From Candidatus Latescibacterota bacterium (GTDB taxonomy: Bacteria; Latescibacterota; UBA2968): a stretch of 64,000 nt of DNA. Shown one piece after another: positions 40,009 to 49,030 of the stretch. The stretch spans positions 1,792,001-1,856,000 of the forward strand of contig OZ220741.1 of NCBI GenBank assembly GCA_965116885.1, written 5' to 3'. How positions within the stretch are numbered: the first letter of the stretch is position 1; each line of letters begins with the position of its first letter. The position numbers were made by a program, and so were the translations under genes. Below the pieces are notes generated by a model. It saw only the letters and a program-made list of their open reading frames with translations. It ran no database searches and was not told the origin of the DNA.

Positions 40009-40470
40009 ATGCAAAAACTGGTCAAAAAAACGCTGCATTACGAGACCATTATGCCCGTTGAGGCTTATCATCCTGAAGATGATACCTGGGAGGATGAAAT
40101 TAACCTTGCTCTTACTATCGGAAGTTGCGTCTGGGCGATTGCCTCACCTGATCCTTTTGGAGAGGTTGCTTGCGCTGGATTCGTCCTGAATACCCTCGCA
40201 CATGATGAACCTACTGTCGAATTTGTGACAGATGTAATGGAGGCCAATATCGAGGCTGATAGGCAAAGGATGGAACAGCAGGCGGATATGGCTGAAGCAG
40301 TCATAGATACTGCCCGAACTATTGTTATTTTAAAACTCTGGCCTGTATTAAACAATCCGCCTGCTGGTTCATCTCTCTCTGCTCGTGTTGAATCAGGTAA
40401 GGATGTTGTGTCAGCAGACAAGGATACTACAAACAGGCTTGCTCAACAGACGAGTCAGGACTGCGATTAA
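40009..40470 (+). CDS. Hypothetical 153-aa protein, candidate peptide precursor/toxin
   Basis: RBS GGAGG; N-terminal TIMPVEAYHPEDDTWE resembles the 44271 precursor; hydrophobic segment with two Cys. Confidence 0.6.
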   Translation: MQKLVKKTLHYETIMPVEAYHPEDDTWEDEINLALTIGSCVWAIASPDPFGEVACAGFVLNTLAHDEPTVEFVTDVMEANIEADRQRMEQQADMAEAVIDTARTIVILKLWPVLNNPPAGSSLSARVESGKDVVSADKDTTNRLAQQTSQDCD

Positions 40471-40526
40471 AACAATTTTGTAGAGGATGTAGGAAATTCT
40501 CCGATCCAGGATGAAGGACCCAAAAT

Positions 40527-40835
40527 ATGCCAAGAATCATTAAAAGCATTTACACCTGCCCCAAATGTGGACATTCCGTTGGATGGCGTCGCAAATTATT
40601 TACCGGTATATTGGCTCAATGGTCCTGTAAAAATTGCGGTACGGCCCTGGAATTTAGCATCAATAGATACCCAATATTGCTTCCTGTGGTTATTATATCA
40701 ATCAATTTATGGATTACGCCTCATGTAGTTTTTTGGGTCTCTGCGGTAATAAACGGTTTAGGGATATTTTTTGTATGTTTTATAAGTCTGGTAGTTATAG
40801 AGAAGTATGAACCACAGAGGCCTGACGCAAAGTGA
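40527..40835 (+). CDS. CxxC-x19-CxxC zinc-ribbon + 2 TM protein
   Basis: YTCPKCGH..CKNC, two TM helices, C-terminal QRPDAK. Confidence 0.75.
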   Translation: MPRIIKSIYTCPKCGHSVGWRRKLFTGILAQWSCKNCGTALEFSINRYPILLPVVIISINLWITPHVVFWVSAVINGLGIFFVCFISLVVIEKYEPQRPDAK

Positions 40836-40854
40836 GAGATTGGAATTACCATAT

Positions 40855-41175
40855 ATGTCAATAAATATAAAAAATCTTTATACCTGTCCGAAATGTGGGC
40901 ATCCTGTTGGGTGGTGGCGCAAGTTGCGTGCTGGTACTATCAAATATCCCTGCAAAAATTGTGGCACGATTTGGAGCGTTGATTACTGGAGACGCGGTAT
41001 TTTGATCCTCATATTTCTCTTGTTACTCTACTCATTACTCTACTTATGGATTAACATTGAAATAACTCTATTGCATTTTCTTTTAGGGGGCTATGTTTTG
41101 TTAGATATTTTAGGAAAAATGTTTATCAGTCCGATTGTGGAGAAAGGCGCGAGTCAGCGACCGGATGCAAAGTGA
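40855..41175 (+). CDS. CxxC-x18-CxxC zinc-ribbon + 2 TM protein
   Basis: Paralog of 40527 (YTCPKCGH.VGW.RKL, QRPDAK). Confidence 0.75.
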   Translation: MSINIKNLYTCPKCGHPVGWWRKLRAGTIKYPCKNCGTIWSVDYWRRGILILIFLLLLYSLLYLWINIEITLLHFLLGGYVLLDILGKMFISPIVEKGASQRPDAK

Positions 41176-41193
41176 GCGTATCGAAGATGGTGT

Positions 41194-41281
41194 GTGGACA
41201 ACAGTGGGCTAACTATAAAATACAAGTGCAATTTCCATGATCTAAACGGAGAGGGTGTCAAGGTTGCAATTATTGATAGCG
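41194..41281 (+). pseudogene. 5' remnant of an S8 protease gene
   Basis: LNGEGVKVAIIDS versus LTGRNVKVAIIDSG in 50306; unrelated sequence follows. Confidence 0.7.
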
Positions 41282-41410
41282 CATTTGTTTGTTCATCCCC
41301 GGTTGTGGGATCGGCGGCATCTGTTCACGCTTTGGGAGCACAAGCGTTGTATGCTGAACAGGCTTGCTTATCTGGAGGAGCAAGGGTATTTGCGTCCGTC
41401 AGACCAGTTT

Positions 41411-41492
41411 CATCCTTGAGGTGATGGAGGTCGCTGGTTCCTCCGACCATAATAATACAGGGGTTATGCATTTATTGCATAACCCCTTTTTT
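41411..41492 (+). repeat. att-like direct repeat: degenerate tRNA-Pro 3' half + terminator
   Basis: ggtgatggaggtcgctggttc[11-nt deletion]ctccgaccataataatacaggggttatgc...gcataacccc. Confidence 0.9.
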
Positions 41493-41532
41493 TAATTCCC
41501 CCATGATCCTTCTGCCTCATTCTAATCTCTAC

Positions 41533-41661
41533 TGTTTCAAATGAAACACTTACTGTTTCATTTGAAACACTTGCCTGTAGTTCCTCTCAGCAGAATTTTA
41601 TAGAAATACACTCTCCTGCAAGCAGTTATGAGTGATTCGCTTGTCTGGCATAGTATTTGCA
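41533..41661 (+). promoter_or_regulatory. Sigma-54 promoter with tandem TGT-N10-ACA upstream activator sites
   Basis: TGTTTCAAATGAAACA (41533) and TGTTTCATTTGAAACA (41554); TGGCATAGTATTTGCA at 41646-41661. Confidence 0.7.
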
Positions 41662-41975
41662 TTACCTGAAGGCACGAATGTGCTTGAGGCCCCGCCGTTT
41701 TACTCATGGAAGCGTGGGTCTGACTACAGATAGGCGACTTTTTTCAAAATATTCTCAAAAAAGTAGAAGTATGAGGAAAAATGAGCAATACGGGGAATAT
41801 TTTTGAATTGCGATTCAGGAAGCCGTGGTGGTATAATTAAAAAGCCGCCGACAAGACCTGGAAAGTCACCTGTCAGCGGCGGGTTAAGTATCTCAAGCGG
41901 ACAACTTGAGAATATCCAAAAATAACGATCCAAATCTCAATTGTCAACCATTGAGATTTGGGTCTCGCTGGTGCT

Positions 41976-42659
41976 ATGGACAAGCAGAAAATTCTGATTA
42001 TAGGTCATGCAACCTATACTATGTCGGCATTTGTAAGCTTCCTGATTGATGGCCCCCATGAAGTATTTACTGCGGCAGATGGGCGAGAAGGGCTTGAAAT
42101 TTTAAGAAGCGAGCAGATAGACCTTGCCATAGCCGAGATGTATATAGAGGACGTTGATGGGGTACACTTTGTGAAGCGCGTACGGGCAGAGAAAGTTCAG
42201 ACAGATATCTTGCTCAGAGCGAGGTCTGGATCTCAGGATTTGGACCTACTCGAGACAAGCGTAAGTGTGTTCCCCATTATGAGAGATAAATTTTTGGTGA
42301 AGATCAAAACGTCTATGCCTTCGCAATATCCGTGGAAAACAGAGTTGGAATCATTTCTGAATGAGAAATACTGCAATCCAGAGCTAAAATTTGACGATCT
42401 TATGGACCATTTCCTGTTCTGTAGATCCTATGGTTGCAAACTGTTTAAAAAACATCTTGGCAAGACCTTCTCGGAAATATTGAGAGAGACGAGAGTTGCA
42501 AAGGCACAACAATATTTGATAGAAGAACCGTCATTGCTGATCTATGAAATATCAGACAAATGTGGGTTTCGTGAACAAAAGCGTTTGTATGAGGCTTTTA
42601 TTAAAGTACAGGGCATTTCGCCTACTGAGTACCGAAGAAGAAATGTAAATCAGGGCTGA
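41976..42659 (+). CDS. Atypical response regulator: receiver + AraC HTH
   Basis: MDKQKILII, DLAIAEM (Glu at the phospho-Asp site); FKKHLGKTF, EISDKCGF, GISPTEYR. Confidence 0.85.
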   Translation: MDKQKILIIGHATYTMSAFVSFLIDGPHEVFTAADGREGLEILRSEQIDLAIAEMYIEDVDGVHFVKRVRAEKVQTDILLRARSGSQDLDLLETSVSVFPIMRDKFLVKIKTSMPSQYPWKTELESFLNEKYCNPELKFDDLMDHFLFCRSYGCKLFKKHLGKTFSEILRETRVAKAQQYLIEEPSLLIYEISDKCGFREQKRLYEAFIKVQGISPTEYRRRNVNQG

Positions 42660-42705
42660 GCGTATTCGCTGTAATCCCGTCACATAAATTTTCATTGGAC
42701 TGAAG

Positions 42706-44190
42706 GTGAATAAAATTCTATCTCACAAGACGCTATCAGCCCTCTGGTCGTTCGGGAGACACAGGGAAAAGCCTGTAGATTTTGAACATGTCCACCTCCC
42801 GGACGATGGCAAGGAGTTTCTAAAGCCGCCTCTGAAGATGTTGCTTCGAGAACTGGAGGAAGCGTCCGCGTCTCAACAGAAGGAGGCTTTAGCTCACTTT
42901 CGGATGGGGGAAGATAGATTCAAAAACTGGCAATATCGGGATGCTGCTGAGTCCTATCAGGCATCCCATGAAGTATTTGAGAGCTTGTCGGCACTTCTGG
43001 CCCAAGGAGTAGCTTTGATGATGGTGTCGGAATTGAAGGAAGCGGCTGAAGTATTTGAAAAGGGGAGGAACCTGTCACAGATGCGGAAGGTTGATCGGTT
43101 GGAGGCGGTTTTCGGGATCAATTTGGGACAGGTATGCAACGATCTTGGCGAGCCAAACCGGTCCCAGAAAGCCCTGAAAGGAGCAGGAGATCTCTGTAGG
43201 GAGATTGAGGATGCCGCGCTGGAGGCAATGGCACTCCGACATCTGGGTATGATATTCTTAGCACAGGCTTTATATAATGAAGCCCTGACGTGTTGTGAAG
43301 AAGCCATTCAGATTTCTGAGGAGATAAAAGATAAAATAAGCGTTGGCCATATCTTGTGTAATAAGGCTATTATCCTTGTTTCCAAAGGAAATCTTAATGA
43401 CGCCGAGAAGATTTTTCTACAAGGACTTGTGTTGGGGCGGGAGTTGGAAGATCCATATATACAGGGGCGAATCTATACAAATTTGGCAAGCCTTGATCTG
43501 ATCCGTGGAAGAGTTCAGGAGGCCTCTTCTGCTTTGGAACGAGCACTCGATATTCATCGCAGCATAGACTATCGCCAGGGTGAAGCCAGAAACCTTGGAG
43601 TACTTGCAGTAATACAGATAGCTAAGGGTAATCCCGATATGGGACACCATATATTTAAAAGTGCGGTTGAGATGGATCGCCAGCTCGAGTACCGGCGAGG
43701 GGAAATAAGAGAACTATTCACGATGGCGAAGGCTCAACTTCGAGATGGTCCAGATGATAAGACATTACAGCTATTTCAAGCTGTTTACGATCTCGCCAAA
43801 AGGATAAATCATAGACATATTCAGGTTGAGATTTCCGTGATATTGGCCTCATTGATGTCTGACATTTCGACGGAAAGACGGATTTCTATATTGAAAGATA
43901 ATATGGAGCTAAGCAAGTCCATAAATAGCCCGATGTTACAGATACGAATTTCCAACGCTCTTGGTGGTCTCTATATATTTTTTGGATCCTTTGATAAAGC
44001 AATATCTTGTTTTCAGAAAGCTGTTAATGACAGTCGAAAGATCGGTAACTTGATTGAGGAAGCAAAGTCGCTTGTGAGCCTTTCCCATATCCATGATCAG
44101 ATGGGAAAAACAGAACTCGCAGCAGAGAACATGAGCATCGCTCAAGCATTGTTTCAAAGTCAGACTATCAATTTTGCCATAATTGAGTAG
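42706..44190 (+). CDS. Tetratricopeptide repeat protein
   Basis: Repeated EA..L..LG / NL helical TPR units. Confidence 0.8.
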   Translation: MNKILSHKTLSALWSFGRHREKPVDFEHVHLPDDGKEFLKPPLKMLLRELEEASASQQKEALAHFRMGEDRFKNWQYRDAAESYQASHEVFESLSALLAQGVALMMVSELKEAAEVFEKGRNLSQMRKVDRLEAVFGINLGQVCNDLGEPNRSQKALKGAGDLCREIEDAALEAMALRHLGMIFLAQALYNEALTCCEEAIQISEEIKDKISVGHILCNKAIILVSKGNLNDAEKIFLQGLVLGRELEDPYIQGRIYTNLASLDLIRGRVQEASSALERALDIHRSIDYRQGEARNLGVLAVIQIAKGNPDMGHHIFKSAVEMDRQLEYRRGEIRELFTMAKAQLRDGPDDKTLQLFQAVYDLAKRINHRHIQVEISVILASLMSDISTERRISILKDNMELSKSINSPMLQIRISNALGGLYIFFGSFDKAISCFQKAVNDSRKIGNLIEEAKSLVSLSHIHDQMGKTELAAENMSIAQALFQSQTINFAIIE

Positions 44191-44270
44191 ATATTGAAAT
44201 GACTTTTTTGAATGTGCTGTAGCACTACTACTGAGATATTTTCTATTCTATTAGAAAGGGGGGATAATCT

Positions 44271-44525
44271 ATGGACCTGAAAAAAGTAGCTATAATCAAA
44301 CCGGCTCGCGGCAATTATGATGCCGGGACGATCTATACCTATCATTCCGAGACTTGGGAATGTGTTACTGGTGTATTAGGAGATGCGTTATTGGGCAGTG
44401 GCGTTGGTGCAGGCGTAGCCATAGCCGGTAGAGCCGCTTCTCTAATATCGGGCCCTGTAGGTTGGGGAATATTCGCAGTCACAGTTGTTGGCGGAGCCCT
44501 AAACGGCTACGCAGATCATTGCTAA
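44271..44525 (+). CDS. Putative bacteriocin/RiPP precursor (84 aa, Gly/Ala-rich, Cys31 and terminal Cys84)
   Basis: Purine-rich RBS; polar leader then GxxxG-rich hydrophobic core; immediately upstream of the transport/maturation operon. Confidence 0.75.
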   Translation: MDLKKVAIIKPARGNYDAGTIYTYHSETWECVTGVLGDALLGSGVGAGVAIAGRAASLISGPVGWGIFAVTVVGGALNGYADHC

Positions 44526-44723
44526 AAACTTTGGTCAAAAGGTGTGCAGTATAGTAACTTGCATGCATCTTAAACTTTTTGTATACCTTTCTCATAGGCA
44601 GTGCTACAGCACGTTATCTCCACAGATGATGCGTTTTTGGAAAGTATGCAGTTAGGCAGGGTACAGGCTGCGAAGTTCGCCTTGATAGTTTGGTTTTTTT
44701 GGGGACAGCACAGCTAATTTAGA

Positions 44724-45416
44724 ATGGTCATAATAATGAATAAGATTGTACCTTTTCTTGAGCTTCATTTAACCATTGGAAAACGTATTGGTATCCAGGG
44801 CCCAATCCGTTTTTTAATCTTGGGTTTTTATTTTTTATTCTCCTTTCTTCCACTTTTACAAGCGTTTACTCATGAAACGAATTATGGACAGGGTTTCATT
44901 ATTCTCGTTTATTCTATTTTTACTTTTTTTATTATAGGTATGATGAGAGGGGGTGAGCAGAAATACAACATCCAGTTACATCAGATCAAGATATATCCTT
45001 TGCCAGACCGATTGATTTTTCGTCTTCTTTGGATTATCAACTTGTTGGATTACAACCTCTTAATGTTTCTTGTGCCAGCTATAGGGATGTTCTGGATGTT
45101 ATATCCCGATTTTTACCTGATTCTACTTTGTCTGGTCTGCCTGAGTTTGAGCTATGCCTTGGTAACCTTACTCGTTTCAGAGCTTAAACTTCTGATTTCG
45201 CTTTACCCTCCGGCAGGTTATATTTTTAGTTTATTTATAATAGCATTAGTGATAGCCTGTTTACAGATGGAGGAAGTTGATCCTACTTTCATCTCCCAGT
45301 TTGTGTCGAATTGGAAAGCCCAAATATTTGTTTTTGGCATTTTGTTAGTCATTATAGTTTCTCTTTACAAGATAGGCATCCTTATGGTCTCGAAAATATA
45401 CAAAATATCCAAATGA
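44724..45416 (+). CDS. Membrane protein, putative ABC-2/immunity permease
   Basis: About 6 hydrophobic helices; precedes ABC ATPase; start 44724 or 44736. Confidence 0.65.
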   Translation: MVIIMNKIVPFLELHLTIGKRIGIQGPIRFLILGFYFLFSFLPLLQAFTHETNYGQGFIILVYSIFTFFIIGMMRGGEQKYNIQLHQIKIYPLPDRLIFRLLWIINLLDYNLLMFLVPAIGMFWMLYPDFYLILLCLVCLSLSYALVTLLVSELKLLISLYPPAGYIFSLFIIALVIACLQMEEVDPTFISQFVSNWKAQIFVFGILLVIIVSLYKIGILMVSKIYKISK

Positions 45417-46105
45417 CTCATTTTAGCCTACAGCGTATAATCCAGATCTGTTTGAGTGATCTGCGTCTGAGGTTACGTCTGCCAAATATGCCGGGCGGTG
45501 TTCCTGGTTGGTTGATTTTTACGGGTTTTATAGGTGTAGGATATTACTTTCTGTTATCATTTCTTCAACTATCCTTTATGGCTCCTTTTTTAATTTCTTT
45601 TTTTTTGTTAGCAGGCCCGTTCGGTTTTCTACTGATATACCCTAAAGATTTCAAGTACTATGTTGTTTCTGGTATCAATCTCAGAGATGTTTTTTTGGGA
45701 AAAAATCTAAGCCTGTTTTCGCTGGGTGCTTTTGGTGCAATAGTTTGTGGGTTTGGTTTTCAATGGAAGTCTTCGATTACGCTCTGGCATAGTATTTCAG
45801 TGTTGCTGTATTTCGGGATGATCATTTTTCCTTTTCTCCTGATTTTTAACTATGTTGCCGTATTCCGGCAGTTCTTCCGCGCTGTTCTCCTTCAAATGCT
45901 TGTATTCTTTGCGATATTACTTTTTTCTTCTATTCCCTATCTGATCTGTTGGATATATTTTGAGTCCTCTATCCTGTGTTTGTTGATCATTGTCATAGAA
46001 TTTATCGCGTATTATTTCACATTATTATACCATATTGCGCCACTTGCTCATCATAAGGCCCCTAAAATTGTCGAGATTAGCAATGAAATGTATTCAGCTC
46101 GATAA
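45413..46105 (+). CDS. Membrane protein, putative ABC-2/immunity permease
   Basis: About 6 TM helices; ATGA overlap with the preceding gene. Confidence 0.65.
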   Translation: MTHFSLQRIIQICLSDLRLRLRLPNMPGGVPGWLIFTGFIGVGYYFLLSFLQLSFMAPFLISFFLLAGPFGFLLIYPKDFKYYVVSGINLRDVFLGKNLSLFSLGAFGAIVCGFGFQWKSSITLWHSISVLLYFGMIIFPFLLIFNYVAVFRQFFRAVLLQMLVFFAILLFSSIPYLICWIYFESSILCLLIIVIEFIAYYFTLLYHIAPLAHHKAPKIVEISNEMYSAR

Positions 46106-46865
46106 CTTGCACTTAGAATATCGACGAGGAAAAACAAAAGCTTTAAATGGCCTGAATCTACAGGTAGATCAAGGTAGCTTTTTGGGGCTTGTGGGGCCAA
46201 ATGGATCTGGTAAGACCACTTTGATCCACATACTTGCAGGGTTGCTTAAGCAAGATCGTGGGCAGATTCGTCTGTTTGACCAGGAGATTCTCTCTGCATC
46301 CTTCTCTCACAGACAGCGAATGGGGTTTGTGCTGGATCAACCAGTTTATTTTGACAGATTAACCTGTAGAGAGTTCTTGATGTTTGCAGGCAGGATGTAC
46401 GAGATTCCCAAAGAAGAGTTAGAGAGCAAGATTGAGGAATTATTGCGTTTTTTCGATCTTATAGATGCAGAAGATAAATGGATTGAGACCTATTCAAAGG
46501 GGATGAAACAGAAGGTGTCTATAGCAGCGGCCATTATTCATGAACCCGATTTGTTAATTCTGGATGAACCTTTTGACGGCATCGATACAACATCAGCGGA
46601 AGAGATCAAAGAGATACTATTACAAATGAATAAAAAAGGGGTGACGATTGTGATTACTTCTCACCAGCTTGAGTTAATTGAAGCCTTGTGTACAGAGTGT
46701 GCGATTCTTCACAAGGGGCAGATCGTTTTCCAGAGTAAGATAGATGAATTGGAGAAACAGTTGCAGGAGTCAGGCAACAGCAAAGCGCAGACGTCATTAA
46801 AAGAGATTTTTCTCCAGATTACATCGGCAGATCGTCCGCATAAATCTTTATCCTGGCTTTCGTAA
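46083..46865 (+). CDS. ABC transporter ATP-binding protein
   Basis: GPNGSGKTT, YSKGMKQK, LDEPFDGID. Confidence 0.9.
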   Translation: MKCIQLDNLHLEYRRGKTKALNGLNLQVDQGSFLGLVGPNGSGKTTLIHILAGLLKQDRGQIRLFDQEILSASFSHRQRMGFVLDQPVYFDRLTCREFLMFAGRMYEIPKEELESKIEELLRFFDLIDAEDKWIETYSKGMKQKVSIAAAIIHEPDLLILDEPFDGIDTTSAEEIKEILLQMNKKGVTIVITSHQLELIEALCTECAILHKGQIVFQSKIDELEKQLQESGNSKAQTSLKEIFLQITSADRPHKSLSWLS

Positions 46866-46880
46866 CGAGATAACGAAGAA

Positions 46881-48605
46881 ATGACAATGATACTTCGTCT
46901 TATACCTTTTCTCAAGCCTTACTGGCTACGCGCTGTTGAAGCCAGTGTGTGCATGGCCTTCACGACTGTTCTGGCATTGCCCATGCCGTTGCTTTCTGTC
47001 TATATCATCGATCATGTTATCGCAAATGGGCAAATGCAAACCCTGTACATCGTGTGCGGTGCCCTTGCTCTTGCTGTCATGCTCGGCCTGGGTCTTGGAT
47101 TTCTCCAACGCCTGTTGCTGCTTATTTTTACCCGCCGAGTCTTTTTTGACCTGGAAATGCACCTTTTCGATAAGACGCACACACTGCCGATTCATTTTTT
47201 TCAGAAGCACGGGTCGGGGTACATTGCTACGCGCATCAGCGACGATGTGAGACAACTGCGTTCGCTGATGGCAGGGACGTATATCGAAGGCTTGAGTAGT
47301 ATCGCTCTGCTGCTCGTTGGGCTGGGTATTATGGTTACGATTCATCCGGGACTGGCAATTGCTGTGCTCATAATTGCGCCGGGTTTTTTTTGGGTCAATC
47401 TGCATTTTGGTCACAAGGTGCGTGGGTTGAGTGACCAGGTACAGGAAAAAAAGGCTATTACTACTGCCACGCGCCTGGAGTCTCTGGACGCTGCGCCCGT
47501 TGTCCGCGCTTTTGAACGCGGTCGTGGGGAAGCTCGTCGCCTTGCCCGCGATATGCACAGCGAAGTGAACGCAAGGCTAAAACGCGATGTTACGCTTGCC
47601 AGTGCGGGTGTGCTTCAGATGGCACTTTACAGCATGGGAGGGTTATTTCTTCTGTGGTATGGTGCGCACGAAATTATGGTGGGTCGGCTCACGTTGGGTC
47701 AATTTGTCGCGTTCAATACGCTTATGGCTTATGTGTACGGCCCAATGAACCAGCTTTCTGGTCTCTACGTGAATGTTCAAAAAGGTCTCGGCATTCTCAA
47801 GCGCGTCTGTGAGATTATGAATATGTCGCCGGAAAAAGGGCGAAGAATCGAAACGAGTAGCATTGGAACAGGCGAGATCGCGTTTGAAAATGTCTGTTTT
47901 GGTTACGAGCCGCACCAGCCAATCTTAAACAATCTCAATTTTAGTCTGAAATCCGATCGCATCACGGCTATTGTTGGCCCCACAGGTGCGGGTAAAACGA
48001 CGCTCGTAAATCTCTTGCTCCGCTTTTGTGATCCCAACGCAGGTCGCATTTTGATTGATGGGACAGATATTCTTGAGTTTAATCCGCGAATTTTGCGTCG
48101 TGCAATTGGCATGGTTGAACAGGATATTAGAATCATTTCTGGAACAATCCGCGAAAATATCTCGTATGGCAAATTCGGTGCTTCTCAAAGAGAAATTATC
48201 GATGCGGCTAAAGCGATGAACTGTATGGAGTTTATCGAGCGTTTTCCGGATGGTCTGAACACGCGCATCGGTTCAGGCGGTGTGCAGCTTTCCGGGGGTC
48301 AGAAGCAGCGCGTGGCACTTGCACGGGCGATAATTCGAGATCCGAAAATTTTGATCTTAGATGAAGCGACATCTTCACTCGATCCGCGCTCAGAAGGCCT
48401 CGTGCAAGACGCGCTTAAACGCGCGACAAAGGGGCGCACAACACTTTTGATTGCCCACCGGCTCTCCACAGTGTCCATTGCAGATTATATTTATGTGCTC
48501 GCTGATGGACGTGTTGTGGAAGAAGGTCATTTTGACGACCTCATTGAACGGGATGGGCACTTCAAAACTTATTATCAACAAGACAGGATTGCTGCAACGG
48601 CATGA
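46881..48605 (+). CDS. ABC exporter (TMD+NBD) without a C39 peptidase domain
   Basis: GPTGAGKTT, LSGGQKQR, LDEATSSLD, IAHRLST; N-terminal TM domain. Confidence 0.9.
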   Translation: MTMILRLIPFLKPYWLRAVEASVCMAFTTVLALPMPLLSVYIIDHVIANGQMQTLYIVCGALALAVMLGLGLGFLQRLLLLIFTRRVFFDLEMHLFDKTHTLPIHFFQKHGSGYIATRISDDVRQLRSLMAGTYIEGLSSIALLLVGLGIMVTIHPGLAIAVLIIAPGFFWVNLHFGHKVRGLSDQVQEKKAITTATRLESLDAAPVVRAFERGRGEARRLARDMHSEVNARLKRDVTLASAGVLQMALYSMGGLFLLWYGAHEIMVGRLTLGQFVAFNTLMAYVYGPMNQLSGLYVNVQKGLGILKRVCEIMNMSPEKGRRIETSSIGTGEIAFENVCFGYEPHQPILNNLNFSLKSDRITAIVGPTGAGKTTLVNLLLRFCDPNAGRILIDGTDILEFNPRILRRAIGMVEQDIRIISGTIRENISYGKFGASQREIIDAAKAMNCMEFIERFPDGLNTRIGSGGVQLSGGQKQRVALARAIIRDPKILILDEATSSLDPRSEGLVQDALKRATKGRTTLLIAHRLSTVSIADYIYVLADGRVVEEGHFDDLIERDGHFKTYYQQDRIAATA

Positions 48606-49024
48606 AAATTCCTCGTACTATTGAATGGCGTGCAGGCGCGATTCTGTTGTGCGCTGCGGTCGTTCTTCTCTGTCTGCTCATAGCCCTGACGCTCGTCCGC
48701 ATGGATGTGGGGCTGAAAGTGGAGGGTGTGATGAGCCTTTCGGAAACGGGATGGATACTTACCACTGAAATTCCCGAAGGGCAGTTGGCTCTGGTACGTA
48801 GTTGTGAACATATTTATTTATTTAAAAGCAAAGAATATAAGCAAATTTCTAATATTGATGTGTCTTTGGCAAACCCATCGGGCATAAGTGCAAAAATAAC
48901 AATCAGTGATTTGAAAATCGAGGCTGCACCCGATACAAGCCAAACGGTTATGCTGATTAAATTAAAAAAGGTTCCTGTTCTCAAAATGCTGTTGGACAGT
49001 GTATTCAGGCGGCAACGTGCATAA
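48602..49024 (+). CDS. Hypothetical single-TM protein
   Basis: N-terminal hydrophobic helix; ATGA-coupled to the exporter. Confidence 0.6.
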   Translation: MKIPRTIEWRAGAILLCAAVVLLCLLIALTLVRMDVGLKVEGVMSLSETGWILTTEIPEGQLALVRSCEHIYLFKSKEYKQISNIDVSLANPSGISAKITISDLKIEAAPDTSQTVMLIKLKKVPVLKMLLDSVFRRQRA

Positions 49025-49030
49025 AGGGGT

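Larger units (their letters stand above)
38422..41492. mobile_element. Genomic island 1 at tRNA-Pro (decayed peptide-system relic, no integrase)
   Basis: Bounded by the tRNA and a degenerate tRNA 3' copy at 41411-41492; AT-richer by eye; contains gene fragments. Confidence 0.7.

Noticed and set aside
41411..41450. Second tRNA gene
   Set aside because: Lacks the 5' half and has a T-arm deletion; att-like remnant only (same for 59267)
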